The notes under the pieces are model-generated. The model saw nothing but the letters and a program-made list of their open reading frames with translations, had not been told where the DNA came from and searched no databases. 64,000 nt of DNA from Pseudomonadota bacterium. Its GTDB lineage: Bacteria; Pseudomonadota; Alphaproteobacteria; Rhizobiales; Xanthobacteraceae. Location: contig JBGFSD010000060.1 in assembly GCA_041694745.1 (NCBI GenBank), positions 10,812 through 74,811 on the forward strand. The letters run 5' to 3'. Shown here piece by piece: positions 9,933 to 18,664 of this stretch (within the stretch, counting starts at the first letter, position 1; every line of letters starts with the position of its first letter). A program made the position numbers and the translations under genes.

Positions 9933-11330
9933 ATGGTCATGGCAAAAGCAAAGAAGAAATCGAAACTCAAAGTCGTGAAGAAGGCGAAGAAGGCGGCCGC
10001 GAAGAAGGCGAACGGCCTGCCCTCGCCCTCGAAAAAACCGTTCGGCCAGGCCGGCCTCGCGCTCGAAGGCGTGCGTATTCTCGATTTCACCCACGTCCAG
10101 TCCGGCCCGACCTGCACACAGCTGCTCGCGTGGTTCGGCGCGGACGTGATCAAGGTCGAGCGTCCGGGCGTCGGCGACATCACGCGCGGACAGCTCGTCG
10201 ACGTGAAGGGCGCGGACAGCCTCTATTTCACGATGCTGAACCACAACAAGCGCTCGATCACGATCGACAGCAAGCACAAGAAGGGCAAGGAAATCCTCGA
10301 TCGGCTGATCAAGGAATGCGATGTGCTGGTCGAAAACTTCGCGCCTGGCGCGCTCGACCGCATGGGCCTGACCTGGGAGCACATCCACAAGCTGAACCCG
10401 CGCATGATCGTGGCCTCCGTGAAGGGCTTCGGCCCCGGACCCTACGAGGACTGCAAGGTTTACGAGAACGTCGCGCAGTGCACCGGCGGCTCGGCCTCGA
10501 CCACCGGCTTCCGCGACGGCCCGCCGCTCGTGACCGGCGCGCAGATCGGCGACTCCGGTACCGGTCTCCATCTCGCGCTCGGCATCGTGACCGCGCTCTA
10601 TCAGCGCAACCGCACCGGCCGCGGCCAGAAGGTGCTCTGCGCTATGCAAGACGGCGTGCTCAACCTCGCGCGCGTGAAGCTGCGCGACCAGCAGCGCCTC
10701 AAGCACGGTCCGCTCACCGAGTACTCGCAGTACGGCGAAGGCATTCCATTCGGCGACACGGTGCCGCGCGCGGGCAACGACTCCGGCGGCGGCCAACCGG
10801 GGCGGATTCTGAAGTGCAAGGGCGCGCCGGAAGACCCGAACGCCTACATCTACTTCATCACGCAGGCGCCGGTCTGGGAGGCGATCTGCGACGTGATCGG
10901 CGAGCCGGCATGGAAGACCGATCCGGAATTCTCGACGCCGAAGGCGCGGCTGCCGAAGCTCAACCAGATCTTCAGCCGCATCGAGCAGTGGACCATGACC
11001 AAGACCAAGTTCGAGGCCATGGATATCCTGAACAAGTACGACATTCCGTGCGGACCGATCCTGTCGATGAAGGAACTCGCGGAAGACCCGTCGCTCAGGA
11101 AGACCGGCACGGTGGTCGAAGTCGACCACCCGAAGCGCGGCAAATATCTCTCGGTCGGCAACCCGATCAAGATGTCGGACTCCATTTCCAAGGTGAAGCG
11201 CTCGCCGCTCCTGGGCGAACATACCGAAGAAATCCTCAAGGACGTGCTCGGGTACTCGGCCAAGGAGATCGCCGACATCAAGCTGTCGGGCGCGATCACC
11301 GCGCCGGAGAAGAAAGAGAAAGCGGCTTAA
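9933..11330 (+). CDS. frc: formyl-CoA:oxalate CoA-transferase with a Lys/Ala-rich N-terminal extension
   Basis: 465 aa. The core from [36 protein letters not shown] onward matches Frc (class III CoA-transferase). The first ~40 aa are [37 protein letters not shown]. Confidence 0.9.
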   Translation: MVMAKAKKKSKLKVVKKAKKAAAKKANGLPSPSKKPFGQAGLALEGVRILDFTHVQSGPTCTQLLAWFGADVIKVERPGVGDITRGQLVDVKGADSLYFTMLNHNKRSITIDSKHKKGKEILDRLIKECDVLVENFAPGALDRMGLTWEHIHKLNPRMIVASVKGFGPGPYEDCKVYENVAQCTGGSASTTGFRDGPPLVTGAQIGDSGTGLHLALGIVTALYQRNRTGRGQKVLCAMQDGVLNLARVKLRDQQRLKHGPLTEYSQYGEGIPFGDTVPRAGNDSGGGQPGRILKCKGAPEDPNAYIYFITQAPVWEAICDVIGEPAWKTDPEFSTPKARLPKLNQIFSRIEQWTMTKTKFEAMDILNKYDIPCGPILSMKELAEDPSLRKTGTVVEVDHPKRGKYLSVGNPIKMSDSISKVKRSPLLGEHTEEILKDVLGYSAKEIADIKLSGAITAPEKKEKAA

Positions 11331-11340
11331 CGAAGTTGTG

Positions 11341-11432
11341 TCGTCCCCGCGAAAGCGGGGACCCGTAACCATCAGTCGTGGTTATGGATCCCGGCTCGCG
11401 TTCGGCTATCGCCTCGTTTGGCCGGGATAACG
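11341..11432. repeat. REP-like element made of three consecutive hairpins
   Basis: Three hairpins: GTCCCCGC-gaaa-GCGGGGAC, TAACCA-N7-TGGTTA, and ATCCCGGC-N25-GCCGGGAT. I recognise it as the intergenic repeat type common in Bradyrhizobiaceae genomes (from memory, not searched). Confidence 0.6.
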
Positions 11433-11452
11433 ATGCAAAAGGGGATTAGAAA

Positions 11453-12379
11453 ATGCGTATCGTCGTGCACGGCCAGCAGGCTTTCGGTAAAGCCGTTCTC
11501 GAAGCGTTGCTCAAGCGCGGCGAGAATGTCGTCGGTGTCTATGTCGCGCCGGAAAAGCCCGGACAGAAGCCGGACCCGCTGAAGGAAGCGGCGCTCGCGG
11601 CGAAGCTGCCGGTGTTTCAGCCCGACTCCTACAAGAAGCCGGAAGTCTGGGAACAGTTCAGATCGCTGAAGCCCGACCTTCAGGTCATGGCCTTCGTGAC
11701 GCTGTTCGTGCCGGAAGAGTTTCTCAACATCCCGACGCACGGCTCGATCCAGTACCACCCGTCGCTCCTGCCGCTCTATCGCGGCGCGTCGGCGATCAAC
11801 TGGCCGATCATCAAGGGCGAGAAGGAAACCGGCCTTTCGATCTTCTGGCCCGACAACGGGCTGGATACCGGCGACATTCTCCTCCAGAAGAGAACGCCGA
11901 TCTCCGACAAGGACACGCTCGGCACGGTCTATTTTGACCGGCTGTTTCCCATGGGCGTGGACGCGATGATGGAGTCGGTCGACCTCGTCAAAGCCGGCAA
12001 GGCGCCGCGCATCAAGCAGGACGAATCGAAGGCGACCTATGAAGGCCGTTGCGGCCCCGACAACGCGCGGATCGATTTCGGCAAACCATGGGAGCAGATC
12101 GACCGCCTGATCCGCGGCTGCAACCCGGCACCCGCCGCCTGGGCCACGATCAACGGCGCGAAGCTGAAGATCCTCGAAGCCACGCCGCTGCCAGCGAAAG
12201 ATCCGAAAGGCATCGCCGGCAAGATCGGCGAAGTCGTCATCGTCGACAAGGACAGTGTCACGGTCGTCTGCGCCGACGGCCGCATGAAGCTCACACGCGT
12301 GCAGGCCGACGGGCCGAAGATCTCCGCGGGCGAGTGGGCGGCCGCCGCGAAGATCGAAAAAGGTGCGCGCTTTACATAA
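11453..12379 (+). CDS. formyltransferase-fold protein, stand-alone homologue of the N-terminal hydrolase domain of 10-formyl-THF dehydrogenase (Fmt family)
   Basis: 308 aa. IQYHPSLLPLYRGASAINWPII and GLSIFWPDNGLDTGDILLQK resemble the ALDH1L1 N-terminal domain (HPSLLPRHRGASAINW / FWADDGLDTGDLLLQK) more than Fmt does. A C-terminal Fmt_C-like barrel is present. Confidence 0.75.
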   Translation: MRIVVHGQQAFGKAVLEALLKRGENVVGVYVAPEKPGQKPDPLKEAALAAKLPVFQPDSYKKPEVWEQFRSLKPDLQVMAFVTLFVPEEFLNIPTHGSIQYHPSLLPLYRGASAINWPIIKGEKETGLSIFWPDNGLDTGDILLQKRTPISDKDTLGTVYFDRLFPMGVDAMMESVDLVKAGKAPRIKQDESKATYEGRCGPDNARIDFGKPWEQIDRLIRGCNPAPAAWATINGAKLKILEATPLPAKDPKGIAGKIGEVVIVDKDSVTVVCADGRMKLTRVQADGPKISAGEWAAAAKIEKGARFT

Positions 12380-12388
12380 CCCCTGCCG

Positions 12389-12473
12389 CGTCATGGCCGG
12401 GCTTGTCCCGGCCATCCACGCCTTGCTGTGCGGCAAAGACGTGGATGCCCTGCACAAGGCCGGGCATGACGAG
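12389..12473. repeat. REP-like imperfect palindrome (CGTCATGGCCGGGCTTGTCCCGGCCATCCACGCC ... inverted partner ... GGCCGGGCATGACGAG)
   Basis: The same unit recurs at 22995..23128 and 52357..52544. All copies are intergenic. Confidence 0.75.
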
Positions 12474-12515
12474 AAGATAAATCAGCGAATCTGAACTTTC
12501 ATTGGATCGAAGAAC

Positions 12516-14213
12516 ATGCCCGCCTCCCAGCACCAAAATCCGAAATCGGACATCGAAATCGCCCAGGCCGCGAAAATGCGGCCGATCATGGATGTCGCGA
12601 AAGAACGCCTCGGTATCGATGCGAAGAACCTCGAGCCTTACGGCCACTACAAGGCCAAGGTCTCGCTCGACTACATCAAGTCGCTGAAGGACAAGAAAGA
12701 CGGCAAGCTCATCCTCGTCACCGCGATTTCGCCGACGCCGGCGGGCGAAGGCAAGACCACGACGACCGTAGGCCTCACTGACGCGCTCAATCACATCGGC
12801 AAGAAGGCGATGTGTGCGCTGCGCGAGCCTTCGCTCGGCCCCTGTTTCGGCGTCAAGGGCGGAGCCGCCGGCGGCGGCTACGCGCAAGTGGTGCCGATGG
12901 AAGACATCAATCTCCACTTCACCGGCGACTTCCACGCAATCACCTCTGCGCACAACCTGCTCTCCGCGCTGATCGACAATCACATCTATTGGGGCAATGC
13001 CGCGGGTCTCGATTCGCGCCGCGTTGCCTGGCGCCGCGTCATGGACATGAACGACCGCGCGCTGCGCGAGATCGTCTGCTCGCTCGGCGGCGTCGCCAAC
13101 GGCTACCCGCGCGAAGCCGGCTTCGACATCACGGTCGCCTCCGAAGTCATGGCGATCTTCTGCCTCGCCAAGGATCTCGACGACCTGAGAACGCGCCTCG
13201 GCAACATCATCGTGGGCTACACCCGCGAGCGGAAGCCGGTGCGCGCGAAAGAGATGAACGCGCATGGCGCGATGACGGCGCTCCTGAAAGACGCGATCGC
13301 GCCGAACCTCGTGCAGACACTCGAGGGCACGCCTGCCTTCATTCACGGCGGCCCGTTCGCCAACATCGCGCATGGCTGCAACTCGGTGTCGGCCACGACC
13401 GCGGCGCTGAAGCTCGCCGATTATGTCGTCACCGAAGCCGGTTTCGGCGCCGATCTCGGCGCGGAGAAATTCCTCGACATCAAGTGCCGCAAAGCCGGGC
13501 TGAAGCCCGATTGCGTGGTGATCGTCGCGACCATCCGCGCGCTCAAGATGCACGGCGGTGTCGCCAAGAACGATCTGAAGAAGGAAGACCTGAAGGCGCT
13601 GGAAGCCGGCATGTCGAACCTGCAGCGTCACATCGAGAATGTGAAGAAGTTCGGCCTGCCGGCGGTCGTCTCGATCAACCGCTTCTCGGCCGACACCGAC
13701 GCCGAAATCAAGCTCGTCAAGGACAAGTGCAAGGCGCTCGGCGTCGAAGCCTTGATGGCCGATCACTGGGCGGAAGGCGGCGCCGGTGCGGCGGAGGTCG
13801 CCAAGGCCGTAGTCAAGATCTGCGACGAAGGCAAGGCGAACCTGAAGCTGCTTTATCCCGACGAGATGCCACTGTTCGACAAGATCCGCACCATCGCCAA
13901 GGAAATCTATCGCGCGGACGACGCCACCGCCGACAAATCGGTGAAGGATCAGCTCAAGGCCTGGGAGGAAATGGGCTTCGGCAAGCTGCCGGTCTGCATC
14001 GCGAAGACGCAGTATTCGTTCTCCACGAATCCCGACGCGAAAGGCGCGCCGACCGGCTTCAACATTCCGGTGCGCGAGGTCCGGCTCTCGGCGGGTGCGG
14101 AGTTCATCGTCGCGATCTGCGGTGAGATCATGACCATGCCGGGCCTGCCCAAGATACCCTCGGCGGACTCAATCGACGTCAACGCCGAAGGCCGGATCGT
14201 CGGTCTGTTCTGA
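12516..14213 (+). CDS. fhs: formate--tetrahydrofolate ligase
   Basis: 565 aa. The P-loop region [19 protein letters not shown] and conservation across the full length are typical of FTHFS. Confidence 0.95.
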   Translation: MPASQHQNPKSDIEIAQAAKMRPIMDVAKERLGIDAKNLEPYGHYKAKVSLDYIKSLKDKKDGKLILVTAISPTPAGEGKTTTTVGLTDALNHIGKKAMCALREPSLGPCFGVKGGAAGGGYAQVVPMEDINLHFTGDFHAITSAHNLLSALIDNHIYWGNAAGLDSRRVAWRRVMDMNDRALREIVCSLGGVANGYPREAGFDITVASEVMAIFCLAKDLDDLRTRLGNIIVGYTRERKPVRAKEMNAHGAMTALLKDAIAPNLVQTLEGTPAFIHGGPFANIAHGCNSVSATTAALKLADYVVTEAGFGADLGAEKFLDIKCRKAGLKPDCVVIVATIRALKMHGGVAKNDLKKEDLKALEAGMSNLQRHIENVKKFGLPAVVSINRFSADTDAEIKLVKDKCKALGVEALMADHWAEGGAGAAEVAKAVVKICDEGKANLKLLYPDEMPLFDKIRTIAKEIYRADDATADKSVKDQLKAWEEMGFGKLPVCIAKTQYSFSTNPDAKGAPTGFNIPVREVRLSAGAEFIVAICGEIMTMPGLPKIPSADSIDVNAEGRIVGLF

Positions 14214-14335
14214 CGATCCGGAAATGGTGCGCTGGCCGGCGGCACTCATCCCGTCCCCGCTGGCCAGCCACCGTCTTTCCGTCCTAACATCCCGCTCGGG
14301 AAATTGATGCAGCCGCGCTCGCGGCTGCTGCGCGT

Positions 14336-15814
14336 TTGGGGGCGGGATTGCGGGGCGTTTCGAACGGCGGGGCCGCTGAAAGCAAGGGGAGCTTTCCGGG
14401 CAGCATTCGCACTCTTCGAACCTTCGCAGCCGCCGCGGGCATCGGCAGCGCGATCCTGTTTGTGTTCGTCGGCGTCTGCTTCCGGTTTCAGCTTTTTGGC
14501 GACGCGTCGCTGTTCTCCTATGCGATTGCGGTGCAGGACTCGTGGGCTTTCCACTGGCACAACATCTCCAGCCGTTCGACGGTTTATCTTTACGCCCATG
14601 TGCCCGCCGAGCTGTATGGGCGGATCACCGGGGATGCCTCGGGCGCGATACGGATTTACGGCATTCTTTTCTATGGCGTGCAGCTTATCGGGCTCGCGCT
14701 TACCTGGCTGTTCGACCGCTCGGCGGAACGGACCGTTTTCATCTTCGCCTGCGCTTCCACCGCCGCTATCTGCCCGCTGATATTCGGCTCGCCGAGCGAG
14801 ATGTGGGTCGCGCACGCGCTGTTCTGGCCTGCGCTCGCGGCCGCGCATAGTACCGGACCGCGCTGGAACGCCGTTGCCGCCTTCGCAACATTTCTGCCGC
14901 TGTCGTTCGCACATGAAGGTGCGCTTGTCTTCATAGCTGCCATTCTGGCGACGATTCTGCTGCGAGACGGCGAACGACGCAGATTCCTGCACGGCCTCGG
15001 CGCGGCCGCCGCGGTGCTGTGCATCTGGATTTTCGTGCGCATCACCTTTGTGCCCGACGACTACACGGGCAAGGTGCTTGCCTCCGCAGCAATGAATGTC
15101 TTCGACCCGGCAATCCTGGCCAACCGAATGCTGGTTCTCCTTGCCGCGACGGCAGGCGGATTCATGACGCTGTTTCTGGTTCTGCGCAGCGCGAACATGC
15201 GTCACGCGCCCGAAACTTCCGCTGCCGCCGCCCTGGCTGCCCTCGTCCTCTACTGGCTATTCGGTGACCCAGCTCTTCACGCCTCGGACCGCTACTATCT
15301 CCGGACGGCGCTGATCGTTCTTACTCCCGCGCTGGGCGTCGTCGCCGTCTGTGCCGCCTATGAAGGGCGGCTCATTCGTCTCGCGGAGAAAATTTACGGC
15401 GTTGCGCGAGGCCTGTTCGTGAACGTCGGTGTACGAGGCGTGGCTGTCGCGCTCCTGCTGGTCTTGCTCATTCATGGCGCCGAAACGGCGAGATTCGCCG
15501 CCGCCTGGGACGATCACCTGGTCATGTTCAAGAAAATCGTCACCGAGCCTCAGCCGCAGTCTCCGGGAATCGTAAACATCGATCCCGAACGGCCCGAGTT
15601 CGAGGAGCTGCCGTGGTTCTCGACGCTCCCTTATCTTTCGGTGCTGGTCGCGCCCGGCTTCAGGCCGGCGCGTCTCGCGGTCGACCCCAAGTCCGATTAT
15701 TTCTGGATTTCCTGCGCGACCGCCACGGCGAGCGTGCGCAAGGCGGGGCCGCACGGCATACCGGCGCAAAGCCGCGCGATGATCCGCGACCTCAACTGCA
15801 AGCACCGGCCCTAG
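14336..15814 (+). CDS. polytopic membrane protein of unknown function
   Basis: 492 aa track ORF, about 10 hydrophobic segments plus a C-terminal soluble region. I recognise no family motif and the start codon is uncertain. Confidence 0.5.
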   Translation: MGAGLRGVSNGGAAESKGSFPGSIRTLRTFAAAAGIGSAILFVFVGVCFRFQLFGDASLFSYAIAVQDSWAFHWHNISSRSTVYLYAHVPAELYGRITGDASGAIRIYGILFYGVQLIGLALTWLFDRSAERTVFIFACASTAAICPLIFGSPSEMWVAHALFWPALAAAHSTGPRWNAVAAFATFLPLSFAHEGALVFIAAILATILLRDGERRRFLHGLGAAAAVLCIWIFVRITFVPDDYTGKVLASAAMNVFDPAILANRMLVLLAATAGGFMTLFLVLRSANMRHAPETSAAAALAALVLYWLFGDPALHASDRYYLRTALIVLTPALGVVAVCAAYEGRLIRLAEKIYGVARGLFVNVGVRGVAVALLLVLLIHGAETARFAAAWDDHLVMFKKIVTEPQPQSPGIVNIDPERPEFEELPWFSTLPYLSVLVAPGFRPARLAVDPKSDYFWISCATATASVRKAGPHGIPAQSRAMIRDLNCKHRP

Positions 15815-15850
15815 CGCGAAGGACTGCGCCGCTTCGAAAGCCGGCGGTAT

Positions 15851-16264
15851 CTACAGATCCAGCACGATCTCGACGCGGCGGTTCTGCGGTTCCCGCACGT
15901 TCGGGCCGGTTCTCACCAGCGGCGACGAGGTGCCGTTTGTCAGCACGTTGAACCGTACCCTGCTCAGCGACGGCTTGCGCAGAAAATGTTTCAGCACGGT
16001 GTTGCCCCGCGTGTATGAGATCCGGTCGGGATGCGCTTCAGCGGTGTCGGCGTTCCCGGCGAGGATAACGCGCGCATTGGGCAGCATTTGTTGCGCGATC
16101 CTGTCGGCGAGTTCGGTTGCGGCTTCGGACATCTCCGTACTCTCGAAATCGAAGAAGATGTTGAACGCGGGCTGCCGGTATCCCGCGAACACAGGGGTCG
16201 CGCAGACAAGACCGAAGGCGGCGGCACATTGCAGAACGCTGCGGCGGTTTGGTGCGTGTCGCAT
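15851..16264 (-). CDS. small OmpA-like (peptidoglycan-binding C-terminal domain) protein
   Basis: Internal ATG of track ORF 15851..17047 gives MRHAPNRRSVLQCAAAFGLVCATPVFA (signal-like), then FDFESTEMS...ILAGNADTAE...NRRVEIVLDL, which matches the OmpA_C pattern. The long upstream extension overlaps the LysR gene and is Arg-rich, so I treat it as spurious. Confidence 0.6.
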   Translation of the reverse strand: MRHAPNRRSVLQCAAAFGLVCATPVFAGYRQPAFNIFFDFESTEMSEAATELADRIAQQMLPNARVILAGNADTAEAHPDRISYTRGNTVLKHFLRKPSLSRVRFNVLTNGTSSPLVRTGPNVREPQNRRVEIVLDL

Positions 16265-16317
16265 GATCCACCTCTGCTGCATCCCGGCCCGTAAGCGGCA
16301 AGCAGCCTGCAACCACG

Positions 16318-17277
16318 CTAGACGCCGCTCTCCGTCAGCTTGCGGGCCTCGATGTCGAGATCGGAGCCGATTCTGCGCGCCTCCGCAACGAGCGCCGCAG
16401 CAAGAGGCGTCATCGGCTCCCGCGGCGGCACGACGAGGCCGATGGTATGCACCGCTTCGGGTTCCGTGATCGGAATCGCACGGATGGTCTCGGTGAGGCC
16501 GAGCGTCTCCGCGAGTTTCTCCGGCATCACGCTCGCCCATTGTCCCGTTCGCACATGCGCGAACAGCACGATCATGGAGTTCGATTCCAGCATCGGCCGC
16601 GGCTCGCCGCCGGCCGCCCGCAGCAAGCCTTCGATGATGCGCCGATTCTGCATGTCCGGCGTGAGCAGGCAGAGCGGAACGCGGGAAACCTCCGCCCAGG
16701 TCACGCTGTCGCGGTTGCCGAGCGCCGCGTGCGAGGACGTGAGCAGGCAATAGCGTTCGCGATAGAGCGGCACCATGTTCACGCGGCCCAGCGGCTCGTT
16801 GTCGAGGTAGGTGATGCCGGCGTCGATCTCGAGATTCTCGAGCGCGGTCAGAATCTGGATCGAGGTCATCGAGAAGATCGTGAAGCGCACGTCGGGATGC
16901 CGCTCGCGGTAGGGGGTGGTGAGTTCGGCGACCATCGCGAGCGCGGTCGGAATCGCGGCAATCCGGATCTGGCCGGCGAGCCCCGATTTCAGCGCGCGCA
17001 TTTCCTCGTGCAGCGTGCGGCTGTCGGCGAGAATACGCCGCGCCCAATCGAGGGTGCGCTCGCCTTCCGGCGTGAACCCGATGAAGCGAGAGCCGCGCTG
17101 GACCAGGAGCACGCCTAGCTGGGCCTCGAGCTGCTTGACGCCCGCCGAAAGCGTCGGCTGGGTCACGCCACAGGCTTCAGCGGCGCGACCGAAATGGCGC
17201 TCGCGGGCCAGGGCCATCAGATATTCGAGCTTGTCGATCAACAGCTTACCTCTGGTATACCAGAGTAACCGCTGCAA
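16318..17277 (-). CDS. LysR family transcriptional regulator
   Basis: HTH LEYLMALARERHFGRAAEACGVTQPTLSAGVKQLE plus a LysR substrate-binding domain. The true start is probably the TTG at 17241 (LIDKLEYL...). Confidence 0.85.
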   Translation of the reverse strand: MQRLLWYTRGKLLIDKLEYLMALARERHFGRAAEACGVTQPTLSAGVKQLEAQLGVLLVQRGSRFIGFTPEGERTLDWARRILADSRTLHEEMRALKSGLAGQIRIAAIPTALAMVAELTTPYRERHPDVRFTIFSMTSIQILTALENLEIDAGITYLDNEPLGRVNMVPLYRERYCLLTSSHAALGNRDSVTWAEVSRVPLCLLTPDMQNRRIIEGLLRAAGGEPRPMLESNSMIVLFAHVRTGQWASVMPEKLAETLGLTETIRAIPITEPEAVHTIGLVVPPREPMTPLAAALVAEARRIGSDLDIEARKLTESGV

Positions 17278-17346
17278 TAGGAATTTTCAATCGTTCTGTG
17301 GCGCCGCGCGCCTGCATCGCCTAGGCACTAGCCTGCCATACAATAG

Positions 17347-17377
17347 AAAAGCCCCGCGCTTTCGCGCGGGGCTTCAA
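17347..17377 (-). terminator. intrinsic terminator downstream of the 17397..17765 gene
   Basis: On the minus strand: AAGCCCCGCGC-gaaa-GCGCGGGGCTT followed by TTCTATT. Confidence 0.65.
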
Positions 17378-17396
17378 ACCTTAGCCTTTTAGAAGT

Positions 17397-17765
17397 TTAC
17401 CACCAAAGAAAGGCGGCGCGCTTCGGGCCGACGTACTTGCCGTTCTTGCAGCCCTTGCCCTGGAAAAGGGCATGGAAGCCCGTGCAGGGCGTGGTCAGCG
17501 CATGGATGGTGGCGATGGTCGCAACACCGGCGATGAAACCCGCGGTTGCGGCACCCGCGCCCGAGTTGGCAATCGTGTTCGCCTGGATGGAATTGGAGAA
17601 CCAGCCCTCATAGAGGCCGATGCCGACGAGGGTGCCGACAACCACGCCGGTGACGATCAACGGCTTGTGCGGGTGCTTCTTGAGGATGCCGCCGGCATTG
17701 GCCGGCGAGGAAACGGTAAAGGCGACCGCGAGCACGGCCACCAGCGTCAAAATCGTCTTGCGCAT
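17397..17765 (-). CDS. secreted Gly-rich two-Cys small protein, paralogue 1 (122 aa, unknown function)
   Basis: Internal ATG at 17765 preceded by AGGAG. MRKTILTLVAVLAVAFTVSSPANA is a signal peptide. It has glycine-zipper-like hydrophobic segments and a C-terminal CTGFHALFQGKGCKNGKYVG. It is a paralogue of the 18081..18449 gene. Confidence 0.6.
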   Translation of the reverse strand: MRKTILTLVAVLAVAFTVSSPANAGGILKKHPHKPLIVTGVVVGTLVGIGLYEGWFSNSIQANTIANSGAGAATAGFIAGVATIATIHALTTPCTGFHALFQGKGCKNGKYVGPKRAAFLWW

Positions 17766-17823
17766 TTCTGCACTCCTGAAAGATTGCGTCGCCCTCCCTG
17801 TAGGAAAGACGCGCGACAGAGGC

Positions 17824-17842
17824 GCCATTGGGCTCCAATGGC
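17824..17842. promoter_or_regulatory. perfect palindrome GCCATTGG-gct-CCAATGGC upstream of paralogue 1
   Basis: 8-bp arms, about 60-75 nt upstream of the 17765 start on the minus strand. Candidate operator. Confidence 0.35.
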
Positions 17843-18019
17843 AAAGTTCCATTTCATGCCGCGTGGGTGAGAAACCTGATTCTTGGGCAGAATGCAAAAG
17901 GAAAAGGCGGGACCGCCGTCACGTTTGGTTGACACGCTGAAAGCGTTCCGACTGCGAGGCTGACCAGACACCCGTAGATTCCCGGGGGGCTGTCCGGCCA
18001 GGCGTTTCCACCAAGAAAT

Positions 18020-18047
18020 AAGGGCCCCGCGGTATGGCGGGGCCCTT
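18020..18047 (-). terminator. intrinsic terminator downstream of the 18081..18449 gene
   Basis: On the minus strand: AAGGGCCCCGC-catacc-GCGGGGCCCTT followed by ATTTCTT. Confidence 0.6.
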
Positions 18048-18080
18048 GGGTGCCGTTACGTCAACCGGGTCGCCCGGGTG

Positions 18081-18449
18081 CTAGCGGCGGTAGACCACAC
18101 GCTCGCCGACATACTGGCCGTTCACGCAGCCCGAACCGCCGAAGAGGGCATGAAAGCCCTGGCACTTCGCCGTCGCCGCATGAACGAGGGCCAGCGTACC
18201 GACGCCGGCGATGCCGCCGGCCGTCGCGGCACCCGCCGTCGAGGTCGCGAGCGTACCGGCCGCGGCGGTCGTCGAAGCGCCGAACCAGCCGTGATAGAGG
18301 CCGACGCCCACGACCGTGCCGGTCACCGCGCCTACACCCGGCGCAACCCACGAATGATCGTGGTGATGGTGACGCGGATTGGAGAGCGCCGGAGAGGCCG
18401 CCGCGGCAAGCGCGGCAGCAGCCGAAAGCGCGATCAGAGTCTTACGCAT
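18081..18449 (-). CDS. secreted Gly-rich two-Cys small protein, paralogue 2 (122 aa, His-rich N-terminus)
   Basis: Internal ATG at 18449 preceded by GAGGAAA. The signal peptide MRKTLIALSAAAALAAAASPALS is followed by NPRHHHHDHS, Gly-rich hydrophobic segments and CQGFHALFGGSGCVNGQYVG. Confidence 0.6.
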   Translation of the reverse strand: MRKTLIALSAAAALAAAASPALSNPRHHHHDHSWVAPGVGAVTGTVVGVGLYHGWFGASTTAAAGTLATSTAGAATAGGIAGVGTLALVHAATAKCQGFHALFGGSGCVNGQYVGERVVYRR

Positions 18450-18664
18450 TTTGATTTTCCTCACGTTGAGTCGCCCTCCGCCGAAAAGAAAACGCGGGGG
18501 TTTTAACTGCGTTCCTGTGAAATGCAGGTGGCCGGACATTGCCGCAAAGCCGGCATCAACGTGATCATTCTGCGGCGAAGCGAACGGACGCGCTCACGAG
18601 AGGCGCAATCGAGCAACACTTTTTTACCGGGACCTGTGCAACAAAGCCGCAGCGGCGCGGCGGG

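Noticed and set aside
8055-11372. A 1105-aa ORF on the minus strand spanning oxc and frc.
   Set aside because: It lies opposite two well-supported genes. The translation is Arg/Ala/Asp/His-rich and repetitive with no motifs, which is the classic high-GC shadow ORF. The same reasoning applies to 517..2457(+), 4247..5461(-), 5972..7366(-), 12372..13766(-), 21355..22863(-), 25621..28287(+), 29514..31418(+), 33204..35414(+), 36520..37545(+), 37647..39140(+), 43483..45681(-), 45681..47561(-), 47455..48597(-), 51000..52340(-), 56723..58045(-), 58561..59838(+) and 60761..61684(+).
15851-17047. Long N-terminally extended versions of several real genes in the track: 15851..17047, 23152..24453, 17397..17897, 18081..18539, 19132..20208, 19748..20458, 43573..45795 and 45612..47504.
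   Set aside because: The extensions overlap neighbouring genes or promoters and have non-protein-like composition. The internal starts have an RBS and/or ATGA/GTGA coupling with the upstream stop.
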